Assembly (NCBI GenBank): GCA_947589325.1
Contig: CANQAM010000010.1
Coordinates: 337-64,336, forward strand
DNA from: an uncultured Bacteroidales bacterium
GTDB lineage: Bacteria > Bacteroidota > Bacteroidia > Bacteroidales > UBA11471
Direction: 5' to 3'
Length of the DNA stretch: 64,000 nucleotides
The notes under the pieces are model-generated. The model saw nothing but the letters and a program-made list of their open reading frames with translations, was not told where the DNA came from and ran no database searches. Of this stretch, positions 21,901 to 29,851 are shown piece after piece (positions within the stretch are counted from its first letter, which is position 1; every line of letters starts with the position of its first letter). Both the position numbers and the translations under genes were made by a program.

Positions 21901-23467
21901 TTACCTGCGCGAACTGTTGCCGGAAGTAGTGGAACAGCAGCTGCGGCTTCTGCGAAAAGAGAGCCAGCGGCGTGTCGTTGCCCATAGAGGCGATAGGCTC
22001 TTTGCTTTCGGTGGTCATGGGTATGATGATGCGCTCCACATCTTCTTTGTGGTAACCGAATGTATGCAGGTGAGCCGCATAGTCGGGCACGTCGTAGCGC
22101 ACGGTGCGACCCGAACTGATGGTGTCGAGTTTCACGCGGTTTTTGGATAGCCACTCCCGATAGGGGTATGCCGAAGCCAGCTGCTCTTTCAACTCTTCGT
22201 CGCGATAGATTTTACCTTTCTCGGTGTCGATGAGAATCAGTTTGCCGGGTTGCAGACGTCCTTTTTCTTTGATGTCGGCGCCGTCGAACGGCAGAACGCC
22301 CGCCTCCGAAGCAATGACCATCATATCGTTTTGCGTGATGAGGTAGCGGGCGGGGCGCAGACCGTTGCGGTCGAGCATACCGCCGGCGTAGCGACCGTCG
22401 GAAAAGAGCAACGTGGCGGGACCGTCCCACGGCTCCATGAGAATACTGTGGTATTCGTAAAACGCTTTCAGATTCTCGGAAATGGGGTTTTTCTCGTTGA
22501 AACTTTCGGGAATCATCATGGAGAGTACATGGGGCAGGCTCATGCCCGACATCATGAAAAATTCGAGTACGTTGTCTAACGACGCGCTGTCGCTCATTTC
22601 GGGTTGCACGATAGGTTTCAGTGCGTCGATGCCTACGCCGAGCACGTCGGGCTGCAACACGCTTTCGCGCGCCTCCATCCATTTGCGGTTGCCCCGTATG
22701 GTATTTATTTCGCCGTTGTGCCCCAGCAGGCGGAACGGCTGCGCCAGACTCCACGTGGGGAACGTGTTGGTGCTGAAACGCGAGTGTACCAGCGCCATGC
22801 CGCTGGTGAAATAGGGATTTATCAGGTCGAGGTAGTAGTAGCGTAGTTGCAGCGACGTAAGCATACCTTTATATACAAGGTTCCGGTTCGAGAGCGAAAC
22901 GATGTAGAAATCTTTTTTCAAGGCGATATCCGAGTGCAACACTTTTGCCTCTATTTTTTTGCGCAGAACGTACAGGGCGCGGCTCAACGCCGTTTCGTCC
23001 ATTTCGTTCGGGGCGGTGATGAAAAGCTGCTTTATGGCGGGTTCGGTGGCTGCCGAGCCTTCGCCGAGTATTTCGCTGTTCACCGGCACGTCGCGTATGG
23101 TGAGCAGTTGCAGTCCGGCGCCGGAAATTTCGCTTTCGATGATAGCGATGAGGGCTTCTTGGTCGGCGGTCTCTTTGGGGAGAAAGACAAGCCCTGTACC
23201 GTAATGACCTTTTTCGGGTACGGGGATTCCTTGCAGGAGAATGAACTCGTGCGGAATCTGCACCATGATGCCCGCGCCGTCGCCCGTTTTGGGGTCGGCG
23301 CCTTCCGCCCCGCGGTGATTCATGTGTTCGAGCACCTGCAAAGCGTTTTCGACGATTTGATGCGACTTGCCGCCGTGAATGTTCACCAGCAGACCGACAC
23401 CGCAGGCGTCGTGTTCGTAATCGGGGCTGTACAGACCTTGTTCTTGTAATCTTTTACTTTGTTGCAT
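18953..23467 (-). CDS. gltB: Glutamate synthase large subunit
   Basis: EHDACGVG (Ntn Cys), HSRFSTNT, HNGEINT, GAMSFGS, KVAQGAKPGEGGQLPG, CVMMRKCHMNTCPVGVATQ. Start set at MQQSKR. Confidence 0.97.
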   Translation of the reverse strand: MQQSKRLQEQGLYSPDYEHDACGVGLLVNIHGGKSHQIVENALQVLEHMNHRGAEGADPKTGDGAGIMVQIPHEFILLQGIPVPEKGHYGTGLVFLPKETADQEALIAIIESEISGAGLQLLTIRDVPVNSEILGEGSAATEPAIKQLFITAPNEMDETALSRALYVLRKKIEAKVLHSDIALKKDFYIVSLSNRNLVYKGMLTSLQLRYYYLDLINPYFTSGMALVHSRFSTNTFPTWSLAQPFRLLGHNGEINTIRGNRKWMEARESVLQPDVLGVGIDALKPIVQPEMSDSASLDNVLEFFMMSGMSLPHVLSMMIPESFNEKNPISENLKAFYEYHSILMEPWDGPATLLFSDGRYAGGMLDRNGLRPARYLITQNDMMVIASEAGVLPFDGADIKEKGRLQPGKLILIDTEKGKIYRDEELKEQLASAYPYREWLSKNRVKLDTISSGRTVRYDVPDYAAHLHTFGYHKEDVERIIIPMTTESKEPIASMGNDTPLALFSQKPQLLFHYFRQQFAQVTNPPIDPIREELVMSLGNYIGVINKNLLVQSPELCKMVNIKSPVITNADLDILRNLRYKGFRTKTLSMTFDLNSGAQGLAEGIDRLCAEAEQAVKADFNYIILSDKEADETQVPIPSLLAVSAVHNHLIAKRMRVQTAIVVETGEVREVMHFALLIGYGASAVNPYMAFAVINQLVNDKQIQLDYHTAEKNYVKAVNKGLLKVISKMGISTIGSYWGAQLFEAVGISQELIDRYFCGTTSKIGGVTLEEIYRDIVKFHAEAYIDKEQYLNHNGIYSFRKNGEFHAWNPETISTLQLATRLGSYKKFKEFTAMVDGKEQPVFLRDRLDFKRNPIDISLVEPVEAITRRFVTGAMSFGSISKEAHEAMAIAMNKLGGKSNTGEGGEDAERFVPREDGTSARSAIKQVASGRFGVTTEYLVNADEIQIKVAQGAKPGEGGQLPGFKVDEVIARTRHSIPGISLISPPPHHDIYSIEDLAQLIFDLKNVNPRARISVKLVSESGVGTIAAGVAKAKADMIVISGCEGGTGASPASSIKHAGLPSEIGLSETQQTLVLNNLRGQVTLQVDGQLKTGRDIIIQALLGAEEFGFATSALIVLGCVMMRKCHMNTCPVGVATQNAELRKRFLGRSEYLVNFFTFLAQEVREWLAEMGFTKMDDIIGRSDLLFPKPPVGDHTIDKLDLSRILYRPAEAEKHACRKIKEQAHQIEDVIDQRLIKAALPSLKSLMPIELHLPICNTDRSTGAMLSGEIATRFGNAGLPDDTIRCNFIGSAGQSFAAFLAHGVTFCLSGEANDYLGKGLSGGKIIVIPPKGSSFAPEENIIAGNTLLYGATSGEVYINGIVGERFCVRNSGATAVVEGVGDHCCEYMTGGRTVVLGKVGRNFAAGMSGGIAYVWNKNDDFDFFCNMEMVELSLIEDAADNKELHGLIANHYENTHSPLAKRMLENWDEYVSQFIKVMPIEYKKVLQEEKIKSLQQKIEKVERDY

Positions 23468-23470
23468 GAT
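23452..23470 (-). repeat. 19 bp direct repeat, copy spanning the gltB start codon
   Basis: ATCATGCAACAAAGTAAAA, identical to 18935-18953. Confidence 0.9.
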
Positions 23471-23487
23471 GATATTGTTTTTTTGAA

Positions 23488-23560
23488 ACCTGCCCGACAA
23501 ACCGAATGAATGCCCAAAAAATTCGGTTTGCCGGAACAGGTCGTCTCCTTATGCAAGGAG
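23488..23560 (-). promoter_or_regulatory. Two stem-loops in the glnA-gltB spacer
   Basis: ACCTG..CAAACCGAAT / ATTCGGTTTG..CAGGT (23488-23541) and CTCCTT-ATGC-AAGGAG (23545-23560); no U tract on the coding strand. Confidence 0.55.
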
Positions 23561-23576
23561 TTGGTAAGAATTGAAT

Positions 23577-25763
23577 TTAACGAATGAATAACAGTTCTCT
23601 GTATTTGGGGAGAGGCCACATCTCGTTATCGACGATAAGTTCGAGTTTGTCGATGTGGTAGCGTATCTCGTCCATCAAGGGCACCACCGTGTCGTGGTAG
23701 GCAATGGCTTTTTCGCGTTCGTCGGTGATTTTGTTCGCCACTTTGCGGGCATCGACCAATGCATCGACTTTGGTGATTACCGTAGAAATATGTTTCGATA
23801 CCTTGCGCACCACCTTCGTATCTTCTTCCGAAAGCGTTTTGGCTTCATCGGCGGGGAAGAGGGCGTTGAATTTGGCGATGTTGTCGAGCAGTATCGACTG
23901 GTAGCGCGAGGCTACGGGCACGATGTGGTTCATTGCCAAATCGCCGAGTACGCGGGCTTCGATTTGTATCTTTTTGGTGTAGGTTTCCCATTTCACCTCG
24001 CAGCGCGACTGCAATTCCACTTCGCTCATCACCTTCGTGTCGGTGAAGATTTTTACATTCTTGGGACGCAGGTAGGCATCGAAATTCAGAGGTACGCTCG
24101 TTTCGCAGTCGAGACCGCGGCGGGCGGCTTCGGCTTTCCATTCCTCGCTGTAACCGTTGCCGTCGAAGCGTATGGCTTTACACTCTTTTATCAGTTTGCG
24201 TATCACGGTGAAGATAGCTTTTTCTTTCTGCGTACCCGCTGCGATGAGGCTTTCGACTTCGGCATAGAAGTCGTTGAGCTGGGCGGCTACGGCGGTGTTG
24301 AGCACAATCATGGCGGCGCCGCAGTTTGCCGACGAGCCGACAGCGCGGAATTCGAAGCGGTTGCCCGTGAAGGCGAAGGGCGACGTGCGGTTGCGGTCGG
24401 TGTTGTCGATGAATATTTCGGGAATATGGGCTACGCCGATTTTGATGCCGGCTTTCGGGTCCATCTTGATAGCTTCATCGGTCGTTGCCGATTCGAGTTT
24501 GTCGAGCACTTCCGAAATCTGTTTTCCGAGAAATACCGAAACGATGGCGGGAGGCGCCTCGTTCGCACCCAGACGGTGGGCGTTGGTAGCCGAGCAGATA
24601 GAGGCTTTCAGCAGGTCGTTGTGTTTGTAAACCGCCATGAGCACGTTTACGAGGAAGGTAACGAATTGCAGGTTTTCCATACCGTTCTTGCCCGGAGCGA
24701 GAAGGTTTACGCCGGTGTTGGTGCCCATCGACCAGTTGTTGTGTTTTCCCGAGCCGTTGATGCCCTTGAAAGGCTTTTCGTGCAGAAGCACGCGGAAGTT
24801 GTGGCGGCGGGCCACTTTCTTCATCAGCGACATGAGCAGGAGGTTATGGTCGTTTGCCAAGTTGGTTTCCTCGAAAATGGGAGCTACCTCGAACTGGTTG
24901 GGTGCCACTTCGTTGTGGCGGGTCTTCACGGGAATGCCGAGTTTCAGACACTCTCTTTCGAGGTCGGACATGAACGCGAGCACGCGGGTGGGAATGGAGC
25001 CGAAATAGTGGTCTTCGAGCTGCTGGTTTTTCGCGCTGTCGTGTCCCATGAGGGTACGACCGGTGAGCACGAGGTCGGGACGGGCGGCATACAGAGCCTC
25101 ATCGACCAAGAAGTATTCCTGTTCCCACCCGAGATAGGAGAATACTTTGGTTACGTTTTCGTCGAAGAAATGGCATACTTTCACGGCAGCTTCGCTCATG
25201 GCGGAGATAGCTTTCAGCAGCGGGGTTTTGTAGTCGAGCGCTTCGCCGGTGTAGGAGATGAACACGGTGGGAATACAGAGGGTGTCGCCTACCACGAATG
25301 CGGGCGACGAGGGGTCCCATGCCGAATATCCGCGAGCCTCGAACGTGTTGCGGATTCCGCCGCTCGGGAAGCTCGATGCGTCCGGTTCCTGTTGGATAAG
25401 AATTTTACCGGAAAATTCCTCGATGACGGCGCCTTTTTCAAACTCGATGAACGAGTCGTGTTTTTCGGCGGTGCCGCCCGTAAGAGGTTGGAACCAGTGG
25501 GTATAGTGGGTCGCGCCTTGTTCCATAGCCCATTGTTTCATGCCGGTAGCCACGCCGTCGGCATATTCGCGGCTCAGCGGCGTGCCGTTGTCGATAGCGT
25601 CGATGATGGCATTGTAAGTTCTTTTGGAAAGATACTTCGCCATGGCGGCGCGGTTGAAAACGTGTTCGCCGAAAAATTCCGACGGACGTTTTTCTTCCGG
25701 TTCGAGTACGACGGCTTTGCGTTTGAAAGCCTCGTCCAGCAATTTGAATCTAAGTGTACTCAT
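23577..25763 (-). CDS. glnA: Glutamine synthetase type III
   Basis: 728 aa; THWFQPLTG..AEKHDSF, EPDASSFPSGG, HNEVAPNQFE, GINGSGKHNNWS, RLGANEAPP, WPLPKYRELLF. Confidence 0.95.
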   Translation of the reverse strand: MSTLRFKLLDEAFKRKAVVLEPEEKRPSEFFGEHVFNRAAMAKYLSKRTYNAIIDAIDNGTPLSREYADGVATGMKQWAMEQGATHYTHWFQPLTGGTAEKHDSFIEFEKGAVIEEFSGKILIQQEPDASSFPSGGIRNTFEARGYSAWDPSSPAFVVGDTLCIPTVFISYTGEALDYKTPLLKAISAMSEAAVKVCHFFDENVTKVFSYLGWEQEYFLVDEALYAARPDLVLTGRTLMGHDSAKNQQLEDHYFGSIPTRVLAFMSDLERECLKLGIPVKTRHNEVAPNQFEVAPIFEETNLANDHNLLLMSLMKKVARRHNFRVLLHEKPFKGINGSGKHNNWSMGTNTGVNLLAPGKNGMENLQFVTFLVNVLMAVYKHNDLLKASICSATNAHRLGANEAPPAIVSVFLGKQISEVLDKLESATTDEAIKMDPKAGIKIGVAHIPEIFIDNTDRNRTSPFAFTGNRFEFRAVGSSANCGAAMIVLNTAVAAQLNDFYAEVESLIAAGTQKEKAIFTVIRKLIKECKAIRFDGNGYSEEWKAEAARRGLDCETSVPLNFDAYLRPKNVKIFTDTKVMSEVELQSRCEVKWETYTKKIQIEARVLGDLAMNHIVPVASRYQSILLDNIAKFNALFPADEAKTLSEEDTKVVRKVSKHISTVITKVDALVDARKVANKITDEREKAIAYHDTVVPLMDEIRYHIDKLELIVDNEMWPLPKYRELLFIR

Positions 25764-25806
25764 TTCTTTTTTACTTTATGTTTGAGAGTTGTTTATTTCA
25801 TATAAA

Positions 25807-25832
25807 GAGGGGAGAGGGTAGTACCCCTCCCC
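25807..25832 (-). terminator. GC-rich hairpin between amt and glnA (weak terminator or stabiliser)
   Basis: GGGGAG.GGGT..ACCC.CTCCCC stem followed by TCTTTAT on the minus strand. Confidence 0.45.
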
Positions 25833-25838
25833 GTAAAA

Positions 25839-27212
25839 TCAGTTGTAAGCCGATTCGCCGTGTTCGTAGATGTCGAGTCCCTCTTCTTCGATGCGTTTGG
25901 GAACGCGCAGACCGTGAATGAGGTCGAGAACCTTGAAAATGACGAATCCCATGCCGGCAGCCCAAGCTCCTACGACGACTGCACCGAATGTTTGGGCAAG
26001 AAAGAAATTCCAGCTTCCGCAGTAGAAAAGTCCGTTCGTCGTGCAGAAAAGACCGGTGAGAATCGTGCCGAGAAATCCGCATACGCCGTGTACCGACGAT
26101 GCGCCCACAGGGTCGTCGATTTTGAGTACGTGGTCGATGAAATCGACGGCGAGTATCATTACGACGCCGCAAATGATGCCGATGATTACGGCACCGCCCG
26201 GCGATACGAGGTCGCACCCAGCCGTGATGCCCACCAGTCCTGCCAAGATGCCGTTAAGCGTCAGCGACAGGGAGGGTTTGCCGTATTTTATCCAGCTGGT
26301 AACCAACGAGGCGAATCCGCCGGCACAGGCTGCCAGATTGGTTGTCAGGAATACGTGCGAAATGGCGGTATAGTTACCTTCGCCCGAAGCTGCCAGCTGC
26401 GAACCAGGGTTGAATCCGAACCACCCGAACCAGAGAATGAACACGCCGAGTGCGCCGAGCGTGAGGTTGTGTCCGGGTATGGCGTGCGACTTGCCCTCTT
26501 TGTATTTGCCGAGACGGGGCCCGAGAATGGCTGCCCCCACGAAAGCGATGGCGCCGCCTACCAAGTGTACGACGGTGGAACCGGCGAAGTCGTGAAACGT
26601 GATGCCGAAAGTGCGCATCATGAAGCTCCCTTCATCGCCGTTCATCAACCAGCCGCCGCCCCACGTCCAGTGTCCGGAAACGGGATAAATCAACACGCTG
26701 ATACATACGGTGTAAATCAAGTACATCGAAAATTTGGTGCGTTCTGCCATAGCTCCCGAAACAATCGTGGCGGAGGTGGCGCAGAACACGGTCTGGAAAA
26801 TGAGGAATCCCTCGATGGGCAGACCGTTGTCGATGATTTCCTCCATCTTCGCCAAGTCGAAGAAGTGAGGCATGCCCACGAAAGCTCCGATGCCGAACAT
26901 CAGGCTGAATCCGATAAGCCAGTAGAGCAGTGAACCGAGCATGAAATCTATAAAGTTTTTCATCAAAATGTTCGCCGTGTTTTTCGTGCGGGTGAAGCCG
27001 GCTTCCACCAAGGCGAATCCGGGTTGCATGAAAAACACCAGCATGGCGGCGAGCAGCATCCATACCACGTCGAGCGACGTTGCCAGCTCGGCAATCGACA
27101 GCGGAGCAGCCGCCGTTTCTTCCGCAGCGGCGACCGCCTCTTCTTGTGCGGCGGCTCCGGAAGTAAAGAGCGTAATCGTCATCAAAACGATGAACATACC
27201 TATTTTTTTCAT
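25839..27212 (-). CDS. amt: Ammonium transporter
   Basis: FFMQPGFAL, DFAGSTVVH, WFGWFGFNPGS, NGILAGLVGITA, DDPVGASSVHG, GLDIYEHGE. Confidence 0.97.
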   Translation of the reverse strand: MKKIGMFIVLMTITLFTSGAAAQEEAVAAAEETAAAPLSIAELATSLDVVWMLLAAMLVFFMQPGFALVEAGFTRTKNTANILMKNFIDFMLGSLLYWLIGFSLMFGIGAFVGMPHFFDLAKMEEIIDNGLPIEGFLIFQTVFCATSATIVSGAMAERTKFSMYLIYTVCISVLIYPVSGHWTWGGGWLMNGDEGSFMMRTFGITFHDFAGSTVVHLVGGAIAFVGAAILGPRLGKYKEGKSHAIPGHNLTLGALGVFILWFGWFGFNPGSQLAASGEGNYTAISHVFLTTNLAACAGGFASLVTSWIKYGKPSLSLTLNGILAGLVGITAGCDLVSPGGAVIIGIICGVVMILAVDFIDHVLKIDDPVGASSVHGVCGFLGTILTGLFCTTNGLFYCGSWNFFLAQTFGAVVVGAWAAGMGFVIFKVLDLIHGLRVPKRIEEEGLDIYEHGESAYN

Positions 27213-27251
27213 AACCTTTTTCTTCTTAAAAATAATACTTGAAAGTGATAC

Positions 27252-27608
27252 CTATTTCTCTTGTTCCGCGTTGTAGAGGGCGATGTCGCCTCGGTCGGCG
27301 GTGCGTATGCGCACGGCATCGTCGATAGGGACGATGAAGATGCGTCCGTCGCCTATCTCGCCTGTGTAGGCGGCTTTCATGATGGCTTGCACCGTCTTTT
27401 CCACGTTTTTGTCGCGCACCACGATGGAAATCATCGTGCGCTCGATATAGCTCGTGTCATAGACCACACCGCGGTAGATGCGCCCCTGACGGGCTTTGCC
27501 CACGCCCCGCACATCGTAGTACGAAAACCACTCGATGTCGGCTGCGAGCAGAGCATCTTTCACGTCTTCAAATTTTGTCTTGCGGATAATTGCTTCAATC
27601 TTTTTCAT
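27252..27608 (-). CDS. glnK: Nitrogen regulatory protein P-II (GlnK-type position next to amt)
   Basis: MKKIEAIIR, T-loop GRIYRG, TGEIGDGRIF, AVRIRT. Confidence 0.9.
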   Translation of the reverse strand: MKKIEAIIRKTKFEDVKDALLAADIEWFSYYDVRGVGKARQGRIYRGVVYDTSYIERTMISIVVRDKNVEKTVQAIMKAAYTGEIGDGRIFIVPIDDAVRIRTADRGDIALYNAEQEK

Positions 27609-27620
27609 TTTACCTTAAAT

Positions 27621-27632
27621 TTATTTCTGCAT
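27621..27632 (-). other. Candidate minigene MQK* between the porin and P-II genes
   Basis: ATG CAG AAA TAA; 4 nt after the upstream stop, 12 nt before the P-II ATG. Confidence 0.25.
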
Positions 27633-27636
27633 GATT

Positions 27637-28389
27637 TTAGAACGAAACTCCGAATACCAAGAATACATCGTCGTTGGCAGGGGAGAAGATGGCTTCGACC
27701 GACAGCGTCGTGCCGAAGTTTTTGAAAAGGGTGAACGTTTTCGCCACTTTCGCCGAAACGTCCATCACATTGAAACTGCTTGCATACATACCTTTCCACG
27801 GGGTGATGCCCAAGCCTACGCTGCAATCGACGACTCCCTTGATGTCGAAGCCGTAATCCAAGTCGATGTAGGTCGAGAAATGCTGTTTGCCGGAATCGTT
27901 TTTGTCGAACGGACAATATACCACCGTGTTCCACCCTATCGTCAGCGGGAACGAACAGCTCTCGCCGAAGTCGTAGCCGGCGGAGGCTTCGAGGTAGTGG
28001 CAGTTTCCGGTTTCGCCTTTCTCTTTTTTCCATGCGCTGAAATAGGCATTACCCTCGCCGGTCCACCAATAATCGGTAAGCCCTATCGAAAAGCCTTTTA
28101 TCGCATAGGAAACCGAGAGGTCGAACTCTTTGGGTGCATCGACCAGTCCGGCAAACGAGGTGCTGCCCCATACGCCTACCGAAAAGCCGGCGGCGTCGAA
28201 CGACAGATAGGGTTGAATGCTCGCTCCCGTCTGATAAGTGCCGCGCCATACGTAGGTACTTACGAGGTCGGCTCCTACCGACAGGGTAAAGCCTTTGTCC
28301 GCATTCAGGGTTATGTCTTCGGCTTTTGCGTTTGCCATACCGAGCAGCAGCGATGCCATAAGCGTTAATGAAATTGTTTTTGCTTTCAT
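27637..28389 (-). CDS. Putative outer-membrane porin (TorF/Gcw_chp-like)
   Basis: Signal peptide; DLVSTYVWRG..Q...SIQP, KEFDLSVSY; beta strands; terminal F; directly upstream of P-II and amt. Start set at MKAKTISL. Confidence 0.65.
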   Translation of the reverse strand: MKAKTISLTLMASLLLGMANAKAEDITLNADKGFTLSVGADLVSTYVWRGTYQTGASIQPYLSFDAAGFSVGVWGSTSFAGLVDAPKEFDLSVSYAIKGFSIGLTDYWWTGEGNAYFSAWKKEKGETGNCHYLEASAGYDFGESCSFPLTIGWNTVVYCPFDKNDSGKQHFSTYIDLDYGFDIKGVVDCSVGLGITPWKGMYASSFNVMDVSAKVAKTFTLFKNFGTTLSVEAIFSPANDDVFLVFGVSF

Positions 28390-28404
28390 GATTCTCTTTT
28401 TTGT

Positions 28405-28517
28405 GTATTTGAATATCCTGTTTGAAAACCTGTTTGTGATAAGGTGCCGGTGCGGCACCCGATTATCCGATAGTTCTCTCTGTTGTCCCCGCGAAGGGGC
28501 TCTGTGTATTCAAATAC
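28405..28517 (-). promoter_or_regulatory. Structured leader or twin operator upstream of the nitrogen cluster
   Basis: GTATTTGAATA (28405-28415) is the exact inverse of TATTCAAATAC (28507-28517); internal hairpins GGTGCCG/CGGCACC (28443-28459) and CCCC/GGGG (28487-28499). Confidence 0.5.
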
Positions 28518-28587
28518 TTAAAAAAGCAATCTTCTTTCGTTTTCATAACCAATCTTTTTTACCTAACCTTTTACCTTTTTACCTATA

Positions 28588-29820
28588 TTATATCTTCCAA
28601 TTTTTTATCCGTTCCACCGCTTCTTCGACTTCGCTGCGTTCGCCGAATGCCGTCAGTCGCAGATAGCCCTCTCCGCCCGGACCGAATCCTACGCCGGGCG
28701 TACCCACGACGTGGCATTCGTAAAGCAGCCTGTCAAAGAATTTCCACGAGTCGATGCCGCCGGGCGTCTTCAACCAGATGTAGGGGGCGTTGATGCCGCC
28801 ATACACTTCGAGCCCTGCTGAGGCAAGCCCTTCGCGTATGATGCGGGCGTTCTCCATGTAGTAGGCGATGTTGGCGCGTATCTCTTTCTGTCCCTGCGGG
28901 GTGTATATCGATTCTGCCGCCCGTTGTACGATATAGGCAGTGCCGTTGAATTTCGTGCTTTGCCGGCGGTTCCACAAGCGGTTGAGGTCGGCACGCTCGC
29001 CGTTGAGGCGGAATGCCCGCAGCTCTTTGGGTACGACCGTGTAGCCGCAGCGCAGTCCCGTGAATCCTGCCGTTTTCGAGAAGCTGCGAAATTCGATGGC
29101 AACCTGTTTGGCTCCCCGTATTTCGTATATGCTGTGCGGCACGTCGCTCTCGCTGATGAAGGCTTCGTAGGCGGCATCGAAAAGAATCAGTACATCGTTT
29201 TTCAAAGCGTAATCGACCCACTTTTTCAACTCTTTTTTGGTGAGAGTCGTTCCCGTCGGGTTGTTGGGGTAGCAGAGATAAATGATGTCGGGAGTTTCTT
29301 TCGGCAGCTCCGGAATGAACTTGTTTTCGGCGCAGCAAGGTATGTAGGCGATGTCGCTCCACCGTCCGTCGGGCAGCAGGTTGCCGGCGCGGCAGCCCAT
29401 CACGTTGGTATCGACGTAAACGGGATACACGGGGTCGGTTATCGCCACGCGGTTTTCTTTGCTCAATATGTCGCCGATGTTTCCCGTGTCGCTTTTGGCA
29501 CCGTCGCTGATGAACACTTCCGTCGGGTCGATGTGTACGCCGCGCGTTTCGAAGTCGTGTTTGATGATGGCGTCGATGAGAAACCGGTAGCCCTGTTCGG
29601 GACCGTATCCGTGAAAAGTGGCTGCATCGCCCATTTCATCGACGGCTTTGTGCAGGGCGGCGATGACGGTCGGCGGCAGCGGACGGGTTACATCGCCGAT
29701 TCCCAATCGTATGATGCGGGCTTCGGGGTGTATGATTTTATAAGCGTTCACTTTCCGTGCTATCTCCGTGAAAAGGTAGCTTTCGGTGAGCTTCAAAAAT
29801 TGTTCGTTTACTAATGCCAT
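28588..29820 (-). CDS. dapL: LL-diaminopimelate aminotransferase
   Basis: [46 protein letters not shown] (PLP Lys), TPGVGFG. Confidence 0.95.
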   Translation of the reverse strand: MALVNEQFLKLTESYLFTEIARKVNAYKIIHPEARIIRLGIGDVTRPLPPTVIAALHKAVDEMGDAATFHGYGPEQGYRFLIDAIIKHDFETRGVHIDPTEVFISDGAKSDTGNIGDILSKENRVAITDPVYPVYVDTNVMGCRAGNLLPDGRWSDIAYIPCCAENKFIPELPKETPDIIYLCYPNNPTGTTLTKKELKKWVDYALKNDVLILFDAAYEAFISESDVPHSIYEIRGAKQVAIEFRSFSKTAGFTGLRCGYTVVPKELRAFRLNGERADLNRLWNRRQSTKFNGTAYIVQRAAESIYTPQGQKEIRANIAYYMENARIIREGLASAGLEVYGGINAPYIWLKTPGGIDSWKFFDRLLYECHVVGTPGVGFGPGGEGYLRLTAFGERSEVEEAVERIKNWKI

Positions 29821-29827
29821 AATGCTT

Positions 29828-29845
29828 CTATCTTTTTCGTTGCAT
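29828..29845 (-). other. Candidate minigene MQRKR* between dapF and dapL
   Basis: ATG CAA CGA AAA AGA TAG; 6 nt after the dapF stop, 7 nt before the dapL ATG. Confidence 0.25.
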
Positions 29846-29851
29846 AAATTT

